Source: the human T2T-CHM13v2.0 reference genome, Homo sapiens | Strand: one strand, 5' to 3' | NCBI RefSeq assembly: GCF_009914755.1 | Contig: NC_060925.1 | DNA: 64,000 nucleotides | In this document: positions 1 to 23,418 of the stretch, piece by piece | Numbering within the stretch: the first letter of the stretch is position 1 | Layout of the letters: every line of letters starts with the position of its first letter | The notes under the pieces: model-generated | Seen by the model: the letters and a program-made list of their open reading frames with translations, nothing else | Told to the model about the DNA's origin: nothing | Database searches by the model: none | Translations under genes and position numbers: made by a program

Positions 1-567
<567 letters not shown>

Positions 568-681
568 GAGAGGTATGGCTTTTAAGAGGTGATTGGGTCA
601 TGAGGGCTCTGCCTAATCCATTCATGGATTAATGGATTATTGCAGGAATGAGTCTGGTAGCTTTCTAAGAGGAGGAAGAGA

Positions 682-972
682 CTGGGCACAGTGGTTCATG
701 CATATAATCCCAACACTTTGAGTGGTCAAGGCAGAAGGATCGCTTGAATCCAGGAGTTCAAGACTAGCCTGGGCAATATAGGGAGACCTGAGACCTCGTC
801 ATATACATATGTTAGCTGGGTGTGGTCACACACTTTTGTGGTCTCAGTTACTCAGGAGGCTGAGGTGGGAGGACCACTTGAGCCCAGGAAGTTGAGGCTG
901 CAGTGAGCTGAGATCATGCCACTGTACTCAAGCCTGGGTGACAGCGTGAGACCCTGTCTCCAACAAAAATAC
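682..972 (+). mobile_element. AluJ
   Basis: Diverged dimeric Alu, TSD ggaagaga. Confidence 0.8.
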
Positions 973-1244
973 ACAGGAAGAGAGACCTGATCTGGCATAC
1001 TCAGCCCCTTTGCCATGTGATGCCCTGAGCCACTTCGGGACTCTGCAGAGAGTCCCCACCAGCAAGAAGACTCTCACCAGATGTGGCCTCTCAACCCTGG
1101 ACTTCTCAGCCTCCATAACTGTAAGAAATAGTTTCCTTTTCTTTATAAATTACCCAGTTTCTGGTATTCTAAGCAATAGAAAACACTAAGGCATTGACCC
1201 TTCCTCTAGAGCACAGGGATATCTCTCCATTTCCACCTGGGAGA

Positions 1245-1415
1245 CATTAAGAAAGTTACCTAATCTTTATAAATCGCAATTTCCTCATCTATAAAAATGG
1301 ACAGAAAAATAACACCACCTTAAAAGGTTGTTATGAGAATTAAATGGGATATTTTCAAGTATACTGTGTAGCAATGCCTAGTGTATGCTCAAATAAAGGT
1401 CAGTGGTTTTTATTT
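1245..1415 (+). mobile_element. MIR
   Basis: MIR core tttcctcatctataaaaatgg...ggttgttatgagaattaaatg. Confidence 0.7.
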
Positions 1416-1696
1416 TATCATTATTAACAATCCTAAATTACATTATCCTTTACATGGCTATGAGAGTTACCTTTTCAAAACACAAAATATGTCATTCTCT
1501 TTTTCATAACCCTTCAATGGTTCCCTTCTGCCTACAGAATAACATTAAAACTTCCCATGATCCACTCCAACTTATCTTTGAAACCTCACATTTTCCCATG
1601 AGCCTTATTCTTCATCCACCTGTCCTTTTCCTCTGGGCTCTATGACCCTAGCCTACAAATATATAGTTAAATTTCCCTCATCTTAAAAAATTCTTC

Positions 1697-3024
<1,328 letters not shown>

Positions 3025-3379
3025 ATATCACTCTTGAAACTTTTCTCACTATCGAAGATTCAGAGCTTCATTTATCTCTGCATTTCTACTACCTAGTATA
3101 GTGTCTGGAACACAGTAAGCTAGTTATCAGTAAAGATTTATTAAATGGCATGAATGATTTTTATGACTTGGAAACTTGGTTGAAGTTCCTTCCTTGAATT
3201 GGAATACTATATTTACTGAAAATCATCCAAGATCAGCTAAAATTTCATCTTCTATACAAAGGATCTCCTGGACGCCCTTAGCATTAATCTCTTCTCTCTC
3301 TCTTTTGTCTCTCCCTACCTCCCACAGTATAACTAGCACTTTTCACCCTACTTTGAATGACTGCTAATTAGCATTAAGT

Positions 3380-3580
3380 TAAGTGGTCTGGATCTAGAGT
3401 TAGACTGCTTTGATTTGAATCCTGGCTCTACCATTTACTGATGACCTCTCTGCAATTCAGTTTCTTCACATGCAAAATGTAAATATTAATATTACCTAAC
3501 CCATATGGTTATTGTGAAGATGAAATAAGATAACTTGGGCTTCTGGAACATAATAAACACTAGAAAATGTTAGCTATTCT
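3380..3580 (+). mobile_element. MIR
   Basis: ttgaatcctggctctaccatttact...cagtttcttcacatgcaaaatg...ggttattgtgaagatgaaat. Confidence 0.7.
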
Positions 3581-3627
3581 TGCTAATCTAACATTTCTGA
3601 CTCCTTCCCCAGACTGGAATATAAGGT

Positions 3628-4391
<764 letters not shown>

Positions 4392-5009
4392 AAGGCTTTT
4401 AAGAGTACAGATCTTGTCTCATTTGTTTCTATATACAATGTCTCACACAAAATGTTTCGTACACAAGTTGCTAAACACACATTTATTGAATGAAGAAGCA
4501 ATAATTACCAAATTAACTTCACAATGTAAACTCGTGTTACATTAAAGAACATTAGAGGCAAGTACAAGGCAGTAAAGCCAAGAGGTATTTGATTTTCTTT
4601 AATCAAATATTTATAAAGAAGTCAGGCAATAGGATTCTACTAGAAAAACAATGGCTACATTTTAAAATCATGGGTTTTTCTAGAAGCTGAAAAGACCTGG
4701 TTTGGATGTGACACACCCTTGCTTTTCTTCCTCCCAGGCCCACTATTATTTTGACCACACCATCTACAGAGATGTCATAGCACATCCAGGCAGGCACTGG
4801 CTTCATAGGAGAGTTTTCTGTCTGCTTTCTTCCCACCCTCTACTCAAATAACCATATCACAATTGTGTCACACAACTCTACTTCTACGTGCAACTTTACT
4901 GCCTAACCTCTCCCAAATCATTCCTAATGGAAAACCACCACCACATCCAAAGTGGTGTCACAGAGCTGGCAAGCTGAGACATGCATTAGCTTTATATTGG
5001 AAAAAGAGC

Positions 5010-5322
<313 letters not shown>

Positions 5323-5697
5323 TCACTCTAAATGTTGTAAAAAAACAATATACTATAAAGAGGAAATATTACTCATCCTTGACAGGGAAGTGACATGTGC
5401 CTAGAAAAGCACGTAACATCAACAATAAGTTTTCACTAAAGTTTTTATTGCTAACTATATCAAAAATCGAAATGAAGCCTCAAATCATTGTCATGTCACA
5501 AGACCTTAAAAATTTATATTCTGAATGATTTTTATTCCCCTATCCCCATACCCCACCCCAAATCATACCAGCTAGAATTACTTAACTCAGGAAGGGGGTG
5601 CTTTCTTAATGCATGTGCTTTGAGAGTAAGTGATTACTCAACTTTGTTATTTTTAGTTTCATATGACATACAGATTCATGTTGAGAAGGAGGGTTGC

Positions 5698-5996
5698 TTT
5701 TTTTTTTGAGACAAGGTCTTGCTCTGTCGCCCAGTCTGGAGTGCGGTGGCACAGTGCAATAGTGTGATCATAAGCTCGCTGCAGCCTCAACCTCCCAGTC
5801 TCAAGTGACTCTCCTGTCTCACTGTCTCAGCCTCCTGAGCAGCTGGGACTACAGGCACACACCACAGCTGGCTTTTTTTTTTTTTTTTTTTTTGGTAGAG
5901 ACAGGGTCTCACTGTGTTGCCTAGGCTGGTCTCAAGTTCCTGGCCTCAAGTGATCTTCCTGCCTTGGCTTCCCAAAGTAAGCCACCACACTAGGCC
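5698..5996 (-). mobile_element. AluJ
   Basis: Diverged Alu motifs. Confidence 0.8.
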
Positions 5997-6039
5997 AAGG
6001 ATTGCTTTTGTACTTTAGACCACTGTGGAAACAAACCCA

Positions 6040-6170
6040 TGAAGGATCTTGTCAAAATGCAGACTCGCACTCTGTAGGTCAGGGATGGGGCCTAAGAATC
6101 TGAATTTCTAAACTCCCAGGTGATGCTGATGTCGCTTGGTCTACAGACTACATGCAGTGAGTAGCAAAGC
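6040..6170. mobile_element. MER5-family hAT-Charlie fragment
   Basis: cttgtcaaaatgcaga...gtaggtcagggatggggcctaagaatctgaatttctaaactcccaggtgatgctgatg. Confidence 0.65.
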
Positions 6171-6225
6171 CTTTAAACAAATGACTGTTTATCACTGCTC
6201 TAAAGATAGTAAGACCAACAGGAAA

Positions 6226-6228
<3 letters not shown>

Positions 6229-6264
<36 letters not shown>

Positions 6265-6540
6265 CAGAGCCGCACTCTGTTGCCCAGGCTGCAGTACAAT
6301 GGCTCAATCTTGGTTCACTGCACCTCTGCCTCCTGAGTTCAAGCGATTCTCCTGCCTCAGCCTCCCGAGTAGCTGGGATTAGAGGCGGCCACCACACCTG
6401 GCTAATTTTTGTATTTTTAGTAGAGACGGGGTGTTTCACCATGTTGGCTAGGCTGGTCTCGAACTCCTGACCTCAAGTGATCCGCCCGTCTCAGCCTCCC
6501 AAAAGGCTGGGATTACAGGCATTAGCCACTGCACCCGGCC
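6229..6540 (-). mobile_element. AluS
   Basis: Full Alu with TSD ccaacaggaaactctt. Confidence 0.88.
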
Positions 6541-6721
6541 CCAACAGGAAACTCTTAACTCTGATACTACTGGTAAACTAGACTTTGTCTAGAGACTAGA
6601 GTCTTTTCTATAGCATGATTTACCATTCCCCATAAAGTGTCATTATTAAGCTTTTCCACATCTTTGCCTTTTCTCAGACTGTTCCCACTACCTAAAATGC
6701 CCCTCTCTTCATTTCCACATA

Positions 6722-7058
6722 CCTTACTTAACGATGGGGATACATTCTGAGAAATGCATTCTTAGGTGATTTTGTGGTTGCATAATCATAGAGTGTACTT
6801 ACATAAACCTGGATGGTATAGCCTACAATACCCTCAGGCTATACGGTAGAGTCTATTGATCCTAGGCTACAAGCCTGTACAGCATATTACTGTACTGAAT
6901 ACTGTAGACAACTGCAACAAAATGGTAAGTTTTGTGTATCTTAACATATCTAAACATAGAAAAGGTACAGTAAAAATATGGTATTATAATCTCATGGAAC
7001 CACCATCATGTATGCGGTCTGTTGTTGACCAAAACATCTTATGCACTGCATTACTGTA
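6722..7058 (+). mobile_element. Tigger3a (MER7A) TcMar-Tigger fossil
   Basis: ttaacgatggggatacattctgagaaatgc...gtcattatg-like end followed by actgTA. Confidence 0.75.
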
Positions 7059-7141
7059 GTTAGATTCTACTCATCCTCAAATACCAGTTCAAATACTTCC
7101 TTCTCATGTTCTTCAACTACCAAGGCAGCCATTTACACTCC

Positions 7142-8669
<1,528 letters not shown>

Positions 8670-8674
8670 TGGTA

Positions 8675-8934
8675 TCAGCTAACTCTTAATGAGCACTTAC
8701 TATGCAGGCATTGTTCTAAGCACTTTACCTTATATGAAATCATTTAATCCTCATAATAACCCAATGAAGTAGTACTTTTATTATCCCAATCATACCAATA
8801 AAGAAACTGAGGCACAGAGATTAAGTAACTTGCCCCAAATCATACAGCTAATAAAAGGCAGAGCCGGGAGTCAAACCTAAACAGTTGATTATAGAGTCTG
8901 TGTTCTTAATCACAATGCTATATTACCTCTCTGT
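8675..8934 (-). mobile_element. Near full-length MIR
   Basis: gagcacttactatgc...catttaatcctcataataac...gaaactgaggcacagaga...aagtaacttgccc. Confidence 0.8.
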
Positions 8935-9127
8935 ATAGTTATACAAAGTATATAAAGATGAGCAAGACACAATCACTTCCCTTGAGAAACTGCTACTCAA
9001 AAAGCTTTTGTGGCAGCTTACAGATCCCGATTAAAGTCCAAATTCCTTACCATGTTATTCAAAGGTCTGAATGATCTGATCCAAACCTCTCTTGCTTTAT
9101 CTCCTATTACATCCACCTGCATTCTCT

Positions 9128-9220
9128 CTCTTTTCTTTTTATTTTGCATTTTATAAAATTCTTATTTTTCCAACCCGGACCCAGAGCCAGCACCGCCTGC
9201 AGGCTCTGAGGCCACAGGCA
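9128..9220 (-). pseudogene. 93-bp micro-retrocopy of a transcript 3' end
   Basis: Perfect 15-bp TSD ccacctgcattctct (9113-9127 and 9221-9235). On the minus strand a GC-rich segment is followed by AATAAG and a decayed poly(A). Confidence 0.7.
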
Positions 9221-9460
9221 CCACCTGCATTCTCTATGTTGCAGTTATACAACCTGCCACTTCTAAATATGTCCTGAATCCTCCTACTTCCATATTGTTG
9301 TGAGAATGAGTCTCTCTGTCTGGAATCCATTTTTCAAAGCTCTATGAATCCTTAAAAACTTGGCTCAAGAACACCTCCAAATAACAACAACAATAATAGC
9401 ACCAAACATTTATATAGCATTTAGTGTGCCAGACATGTCCACATATTAAATCACCTAACT

Positions 9461-10127
<667 letters not shown>

Positions 10128-10225
10128 CTCTACTGGAGCATTTATTAGGCCCTGCCTTCTACATCAAGTTTTACCTAATGTCTACCTCTTCCATGATATT
10201 AAAAGGTTTTTGAGGGCAGGGATCC

Positions 10226-10600
10226 TGTGTGTGGAAGAGAATAGCTACTTGTTCAACAAATTGCTTCCCCTTTCCTCCTGAAGTAGATTACATTTCCCAG
10301 TGTTTATTATAGTTGGTTAAGACTGTAACACTAAGTTCTGGCCAGTGGTATATGGGCAGAAGTGATTATGTCATTTCTAGGCCTGTTCCATAAAACCTCA
10401 ACACTATTTTCCACAGCTTCTTCCTTCATCTGCCAGCAGATGCAGAAGATCCAGTGGAGGAACCTGAGGCCCTCTTCTAGGTGAAAATGAGCTCTCCTTC
10501 CACCTCTACCCAACCTCCATTGGACTAGGACCTGAAAAAAAAAAAAAAAAAAAAAAAAACAAGCCTTTAAGCCACTAGTTAGTCCACCTGGACAACATAT
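10226..10600 (+). mobile_element. Old MaLR LTR (MLT1J-like)
   Basis: acatttcccag...aagttctggccagtggtatatgggcagaagtga...tttctaggcct...aagccact. Confidence 0.6.
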
Positions 10601-10683
10601 ACCATGTAGTTTTGTGCCTCTCCATACACTTAAAACATTGCCTTGTTCACAGTTAGTTCTCAGTATTCATTGAACTTAAATAA

Positions 10684-11304
<621 letters not shown>

Positions 11305-11529
11305 AAAAGTTGAAATTCTTATTCCAAGGCAGGTCTTTTCCTAGGACCTACTATTAGCCAGCAGTCTCCAAAATGGGTAATGAGCCGCATTATCCGTTGG
11401 AGTATGGGAAGAAAATGAAAACTTTTACTTATTTTTGATAAAAAGAGAAATTTCATTTTACTAATATTTAATTATGGGTTAATAGTAGCACATGGGGATG
11501 TGCTCAAAAATGCTTTCCTAATGGGATAC

Positions 11530-12038
11530 TGAGGTAGGCAGACTAATGGCCCCCCAGAGATGTCTATGTCCTAATCCCCAGAACCTGTGACTGTGTCGCA
11601 TTATATGGCAAGGGAAATAAATCAAAATTGTAGATGCAATTAAAGTTGCTGGTCAGAAGACTTTAAAAGAGAGATTATCCTGGATTATCACTGTGGGTCC
11701 AAAGTAATCACAAGGTCCTCATAGGTGGAAGAGGGAGGCAGAAGAGTCAATATCAGAGTGATGCAATGTGAGAAAGACTCATTGCTGGGTTTGAAGACGG
11801 AAGGGGTCTATGAGCCGAGGAATGCAAACAGCCACTGGCAGCTGAAAAAAGTAAGGAAATGGATTCTCCTCTAGAGCCTCCAGAGAGGAATGCAGCCCTG
11901 CTGATACCTTGATTTTAGCCCAGTGAGACTCTTGTCAGACCTCTGACTTATAGAACAGTAAGATAAAATAAACGTGTGTTGTTTTAAGCTACTAAGTTTG
12001 TGGTAATTCGTTATGATAGCCACAGAAAACTAATAATA
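11530..12038 (+). mobile_element. MLT1D-like MaLR solo LTR, inserted in a MER113-like hAT fragment (11360-12070)
   Basis: tgaggtaggcagactaatggccccc...tcctaatccccagaacctgtga...ctagagcctccagagaggaatgcagccctgctgatacc...aaactaata; TSD-like gatac/ggtac. Confidence 0.8.
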
Positions 12039-12272
12039 GGTACATAACACAAAAAATTGTATGGGTCACTCCCCTGTGATATAACATTAACAGATCTAAA
12101 ACAAATTTTAGACTTTAACTCTTTGTAAACTAGCATAAGGAAAATAACATTAACATGTTCCTTGGTGGCATTCGCATTCAGTCAGTCAAATATTTATCAA
12201 ATTCACGGTTCTGTATAAAGCTCAGAGTTAAACATTAAAGCATAAATGTCCTCCCTCAAACTTTATTACCTA

Positions 12273-12995
<723 letters not shown>

Positions 12996-13635
12996 ACACT
13001 GACACTGCTATTACTACTGTTCATGGACCTCCTGAAGGCTGAATAACAGCACCTGGTAGGAAGAGTTCTGGGGCCACTGTATCAAAGCTGTCAAGAAAAT
13101 TACTTACTGCTTACCTACAATATACCTGGAAACTGTGCTAATTGCTTTATAAATATATTACCTGAGATGAAATTACCCCCACTTTATCATCTAGGAAAAT
13201 GAGGTTTGGAGTATTTAAATGACTTGACAAAGGTTAAAGAGGGTACTGGAATCTGGATGTTTGGCTCCAAAGTCTGTGTTTTGCCTTGTGATAATGAGAA
13301 AGAAAGAAAAAAAGGCCAGTGGTTCAATAAAACCACTTTTGGTTTTTGATTCATAAAAAAGAACTGCCCTTCTACGAACCAATGAAAATCTACCTGGTTT
13401 GCTTTACAAGCTTTTCTGCTGCCAACGTTGAGCAGTAAGCAGCATACATATCATAGGGGTTCTTCTGACCCATACTGGTCTTTCCAGAAAAATGTGATTC
13501 TAAAGGTTATGGTAACAACAATTAAGAGGCCTAAATAAACCTATAATACAATGTTAAAACGTGGACATAATTTTGATACTTATGTTTTCTAAAAGGCCTA
13601 CATCTAAAACACTGAAACCCTGCTAATAACCATTA

Positions 13636-14800
<1,165 letters not shown>

Positions 14801-15974
14801 AGAAAGAAAGAAAAAGATGAAGAAGAAGAAAGAAGAAGAGAAGGCAATGGCTGAGATCTCAAGTCCCAGAAGAACTATGAATCTAAACCCGTAAAAAGGC
14901 AGTAATATCCTCGGGTAAGTGCAGTTCAAACATGTTTTAGAGGTATTACATCATGGAAAACTGGTTGTGCTAGGTCTTAGATAGGAGAATTCATAAGGAA
15001 AACTCAGCTGAACAGACATTAACCACCAGAGTCTCACATCAGGTGACACTAAGCAGAGCTGGTTCAGTCTCGCTTTCTCCTTTTTGTCTTTGGTTTTTAA
15101 CAGTCCAATTTTAAGACAGCCAAAGGCAGAACAAACATTGCTTAGCAATCAGATCATGTCAATAGCACTACACATAATAACAAGAGGCCCAATCAAGTTC
15201 ATGGTCCAATTTTACTTTTTTGGGGTAAAGCAATACAAAGATCTAAAAAGTTAAAGTCAGATCTGCTTGCTTACAAATATTAGAACAGTTTAATAAATAG
15301 AAAACAGCCAAGATTTCTGGGAGGAAAATATATACCCTCTATCTTGAATAACAAACTGAAATTAAACAAAGAATGAATTTATAAGTAGTTTAACAAAAAT
15401 TTTAAATCACATTGCTCAAAACTGCCATGCAAGCGAAAAAAAAAAAAAAAAACAAGTCTCCTGACAAAGGCAGAACTATTAATACATATACATACAGTGA
15501 CTTTAAATATGGCCAAAAAGCTTTTTCTTAATCCAGGAAGTTCAAAAGAGAACTAATATCCACAAACTCAAGTATTTAAGTTGTCTTCCCAAGCCCTGAA
15601 AAAGTTTCTTCTTCCTTTCCAAATTTCTCCTTTATTCTAAAATTACTTATAAATTTACACCAAAGTAACAAAATAGAAATATAGACTTCAATCTATGTGA
15701 GCACATTTCTGAAACAATACTCTCACAATGATTTATTTCTTCTCCCTCTCCCAAAGTGAATGAAATGTATGGAGGAAAGAAAATGTCAATCTACTAAGTA
15801 TGTATCAAGCAATTAATATTTGCAAGGTTTGTGCTCTCCACAGATAAATATTAGAGTACTTGAAATTTTTGTAATGCCTGTCACATATATATTAAGTACA
15901 GTGCCATGCAAAGGGGATTAAGTGGGGGCTACAGAAATAAATGTGATGTTCCCTTCTTCAAGGGAACAAACGAT

Positions 15975-16740
<766 letters not shown>

Positions 16741-17061
16741 CTACGAGGCACAACCATCCTGAATCTCTCCTTTGAATTCCAAACTTGTTTATCCAACTGC
16801 CAAGTTGATATCTCCTGATCTCCCATTTCCAAAACTGTTCCCCACAATGTCTCCCCAGCACAGTTACTGGCAATTCAATTCTTCCAGTTGTTCAAGTCAA
16901 AACCTAAGTAATCTGCACATGTGTATGGTGGTTTGAAATAAAAAATGAATAAATTTAAAGTTTAAAAATTGACAAACAAAAAACCTAATTAAGAGGCATC
17001 CTTTATGCCTCCTTCCCTTGTGCTAATATCCCTCACCGATTTCCTCTTTAAAAAATATTCA

Positions 17062-18232
<1,171 letters not shown>

Positions 18233-18639
18233 TTCAAAACCCAACTCCTCTTCACCTTTACTACCACCATGTGGTCCCAGTCATCATGAGCTCTATCTAG
18301 ATGATTGCAATAGCCTCCTTAAGTAACTTAAGTTACACACTTACATAGCTTCAAATAGGCATATAATAAAAAATAACAGTCCCCTACCCTGCCCACACCA
18401 CATTGAATCACCTCCTCAGAGGGAACCACTTTCAACTCTTTTTAGCTATTTATTCTATTTACCTTCATACATCTAGCTAACATACACTGCCATTTCTGAC
18501 CTTATCTACTGATTTTACAGTGTAGCAGCTGAGGATTTAGCACTCTTAAATATTTCCCTTCCAATATTGTTATAAGATAATTTGGGGTAAAATTGACATT
18601 CAGGGGAAAAAAATCAAGACTCAGGATTACATCGTTAAA

Positions 18640-18911
18640 ATTATTATTATTTTTTAGAGACAGGGTCTTGCTCTGTCACACAGGCTAGAGTGCAGCGGTG
18701 TGATTACAGCTCACTGAAACCTTGAACTCTTGGGCTCAAGAGATCCTCCCACCTCAGCCTCCTGGGTAGGTAGGACCACAGGTGGTGGCCCCACAATGGG
18801 TTTTTTTTGTTTTTTTAATCTTTTGCTGAGACAGGGTCCCACTATGTTGCCCAGGCTGGTCTCAGCCTCCCAAAGTGCTAGGATTATAGGTGTGAGCCAC
18901 CGTGCCTGGCC
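18640..18911 (-). mobile_element. AluJ (internally deleted)
   Basis: Alu motifs. Confidence 0.78.
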
Positions 18912-19037
18912 AGCATTTACATTATTATGACTGATTATAATCACTATGAGGCCAAGTACTATATTATGATTTCACTTTATTTCTTCTATAATTGTTTGTA
19001 TTTTACCCCTTTTTTCATTTGCTTAGTTATTACATGC

Positions 19038-19395
19038 TATCATGGTTTGGTTGTGTCCCACCCAAATCTCATCTTGAATTGTAGCTCCCATAATTCCCAT
19101 TTTGGAGGGACCTGGTGGGAGGTAATTGAATCATGGGGACAGGTCTCTCCCATGCTGTTTTCGTGATAGTGAGTAAGTCTCACGATATCTGATAGTTTTA
19201 TAAAGGGGAGTTCCCCTGCACATGTTCTCTTGCCTGCAGCCATGTAAGATGTCCCTGTGCTTTTCCTTCATCTTTTGCCATGACTGTGAGGCCTCCCCAG
19301 CCACGTGGAACTACGAGTCCATTAAACCTCTTTCCTTTATAAATTACCCAGTCTTGGGTGTGTCTTTATTAGCAGCATGAGAAAGGACTTATATG
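19038..19395 (+). mobile_element. THE1B/THE1C solo LTR
   Basis: atggtttggttgtgtcccacccaaatctcatcttgaattgtagctcccataattccc...attaaacctctttcctttataaattacccagtc; perfect 5-bp TSD catgc. Confidence 0.9.
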
Positions 19396-19399
19396 CATG

Positions 19400-20650
19400 C
19401 CTACTGCTACTTCTTTCCAAAGCCTCCAACAAAATTGTAAAATTCTTCTGAATATGGATTTCCACCCTGCCAAACATATCAGGAAATACATAAGTTCTTT
19501 CCTCACACCCCCACTTCCCAACATCTCTCCTGAATCTTGTAATCCTTCGAATCCAACCTGAACTGCTTATTTTGTAGACTGTTGCACAACAGTCATCCTG
19601 GGACTTCCCATTACCTTTATACCCACTTCTTTCTAGGTCTCAAGGCTTCCTTTTTATTTTTATTAGGGTGTTTTGTTTACTTCCCTGTTTTGAAGGGACA
19701 CATCCTCCAATAGCATCATGAGAAGGGGCTCATGAGAGGCAAATTTTTTGACAATTTGCCTATCTAAAAATATCTTCACTCTACTCTCATGCTTGATTGG
19801 TAGTTCAGCTGGACATAGGATTCTAAGTAGGAAATCATTTTCTCTCAGAAAGCATCTTCCATTGCTCTAGCTTTTTTGTATGGGATTTTTTTTTAAATTT
19901 TTTCCTCTGTGGAAATGTTTAGAATATTTTTATTACCCATATTCTAAAATTTCATAATGATATGCTCTGGGTGGCTGTTTTTTCATTCATTGTGCTGGGC
20001 CCTTTCAATCTGGAAGCACATGTCCTTTGGTTCTCCCCTCCAGGTATTAGCCAGGCCCGGCACAATGGGTTAGTCTGCATACTGAATGGTGAGAACTCAA
20101 AGAGCATGAGCCTATGGCTCATATAAAAAATGTTTTAATTTTATTATATTGCCAAAGCCAAATACTTCTGAGAAAGGTTGTCATTTTTAAAAAACTGTCT
20201 TCCTTTATTTGGGTCTATTCATTTTCTCCAGGAAAAAATCCATCAATTTCCTGGCAAGTGGCAGGGTTGAGGGTAGGATAGGAATGATTCTTGCCTGCCT
20301 GAGAGCCAGGTGATGGAAGGTGACTAGAAGTCTTATGAGCCTCACCATTCCAGTATGCAGACTATCCCCCCATCTCCTCTTTTAGGTATTGCATTCTATC
20401 AGATGTTCACTAGTATGAAGTATTTCTGGTTCAATTTTTCTCCAAAAATAAACCATGTCTTATTGGGGTGGGTGATATTTAACTGATTAGTTACAAGAAA
20501 TGGGGATGTTGACTTTCAGGCCCAGTTACCCCTTAAAAGACTTTGAATAGCCCTCTTATTTTTAGCCCAAGCCTGACACCCACCTTCAGTTCCTGAGCTT
20601 TTATAAGTTTCTGTGATGCAAACTGGCTTGGTTCTAATTGGCATCAGCTT
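19400..20650 (-). mobile_element. Ancient L1ME/L1M fragments
   Basis: gcttgattggtagttcagctggacataggattctaagtaggaaatcattttctctcagaa is a typical old L1M antisense segment; boundaries uncertain. Confidence 0.5.
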
Positions 20651-20659
20651 CTAGAGATA

Positions 20660-21350
20660 CTACACTATAGGCACTACAAATACAGTGGTGAAAAAGATAA
20701 ACTTCTACCCTCAGAGAGCTCATTCAATACTGGAGGCTTTAAGCAATAGGTAAACAAATGAATAAGGTTCTTTTCAGAAGTAATGAGAACTTGTAACAAA
20801 TATCGATGTCTATTTTAGACTAGTCAAAAAGATTTCTTTGAAGAGGGGCTATCTCAGCAGAAATATATCATATGATTCTGGAATAAAGTAAGTACAAAGG
20901 CCCTGAAGCAGGGAAAAAAGCTTAATGTGTCTGAGAAACAAGAGGGTTAGTGAGTGTGGTTAGAATGATGTAAGAAAAAGGAAGAATGATTGGAAATATG
21001 GTCAGAGCCACGTAGGCCAAATCATTTAGGGCCTGATAGGTTAAAGCCCAGAGTATGAACTTTGAAGAATGACAAAAAGCTGTATTAGGAAATTCAGCAG
21101 GGAAATGACATAATCTGATTTACCCTCTTAAAATTCAATCTGGCTATTGTGGGGTAAAAGGGGAAGACAAGAGATCAATTAGGATGGTTGGGCTAGAGTA
21201 GTAAGTGTAGAGGTAAAAAGACTCAGGACATATTTTGAAGATAATGCTGAACTACTTGATGGTTTGAAATAGGGTGTAAGAGAAAGATAATAAGAATGGT
21301 AAGTTTTTGGCTCAAGTGATGGATGAATGGTGGGAGAGGTCTGGAAAGAA
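20660..21350 (-). mobile_element. L2 fragment
   Basis: aatacagtggtgaa...ccctcagagagctc...caaaggccctgaagcagg...aatgacataatctgattt...gacatattttgaag. Confidence 0.6.
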
Positions 21351-21433
21351 GAAAGGGAATGCGGCAGGAAATTAATAGTGGTCCATAATGGGTACTCAAT
21401 AATTAGTAATCATTGTTTATATTAAAAATCTTC

Positions 21434-22169
<736 letters not shown>

Positions 22170-22302
22170 TTTTTTTTTAAAACACTGCCCATTTATTCTG
22201 GAACACACTCCACATCCACATTCACTCACCCTTAAGATATTTTAAAAACCTGATTATTTAAAAATTGTTCAACATTTAATTCAATGTGATTTCTTATTTA
22301 TA

Positions 22303-22335
<33 letters not shown>

Positions 22336-22384
22336 ACATACATGGTCTCACTATATCACCCAGTCTGTGTTTCAGTGGCACAAC

Positions 22385-23418
22385 TGAAACCACCTTTGCA
22401 AAAGAGAAATCTGACATCGTTAACTCTATCTTGCCTCCAACCTCAAGCTGTTTGTCTTTGGTCATTCCTGGGCATAGGCCAAGCTAACTTTGGGAGGAAT
22501 TTAGTTTACAGTTTAACCTTAAAGCAAGGATGATAATAGCCCTTCCCAAAACTAAACTACCTTTGTAAAACTAAGGAAAGGCCACAAGGTTAGGATTATG
22601 GGAGGGGAGAGAATTCTGCTAAAATGTAGGTATAGTTCTACAATTTCTTACTGCTTGGGAGTCATGTGGCTAGAGATCACAAGATTTGTGACTTCTCCAA
22701 CTGCTCCTATAGATAACATCACTATTATAGAACCTAAGACTGGTTTTCTGAGAGATTTTTTTCAGACCAACCCCACCCAGACTCATGACTCATGACTCAA
22801 CTGGTCCTGTAGCCCAGCCTTCCCCAACCTTTTTGGCACCAGGGACTGGTTTTGTGGAAGACAATTTTTCCACAGACTCGGGTGAGGGTCAGGTGGAGGG
22901 ATGGTTTTGGGATGAAACTGTTCCACCTGAGATCATCAGGCATTTGATTCTCATAAGGGACGTGCAACCAAGATCCCTCGCATGCACAGTTCACAACAGG
23001 GTTCACGCTTCTATGAAAATATAATGCCACCGCTGATCTGACAGGAAGCAGAGCTCAGGCAGCAATGCTTGCTCACCTGTTCACCTCCTGCTGTGTGGCC
23101 CAGTTCCTAACAGGCCACAGGCTGATACCGGTCCATAACCTGGGGGTTGAGGACTCCTGCTGTAGCCCTACACAGAGGCACACTCAGCGCACAAGGACTT
23201 TTCCACACCCCCAATTAATCAGCAGCACCCATTCCCTCAGCCCTGCCCACCAAATTGTCCATAAAAACTCTAACCTCTAGAGGGCTTCAGGAAGACTGAT
23301 TTAAGTGATAACTGCCTCTTTGGCATGGCTGGCCTTGAGTCAATTAAACTCTTTCTTACTGCAATGCCACGATCTCAGGGAATTGATTTTGTCTGTGCAG
23401 CTGGCAGGAAGAAGCCAT
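22385..23418 (+). mobile_element. LTR8A-like ERV1 solo LTR (interrupted by MER1B)
   Basis: tgaaaccacctttgcaaaa...ggccaagctaactttgggaggaatttagttt...aattaaactctttc...gcaggaagaa; the extreme 3' end is missing. Confidence 0.82.
22815..23159 (+). mobile_element. MER1B hAT-Charlie element
   Basis: cag...ccccaacctttttggcaccagggactggttttgtggaagacaatttttcc...gggggttgaggactcctg; perfect 8-bp TSD ctgtagcc. Confidence 0.88.
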
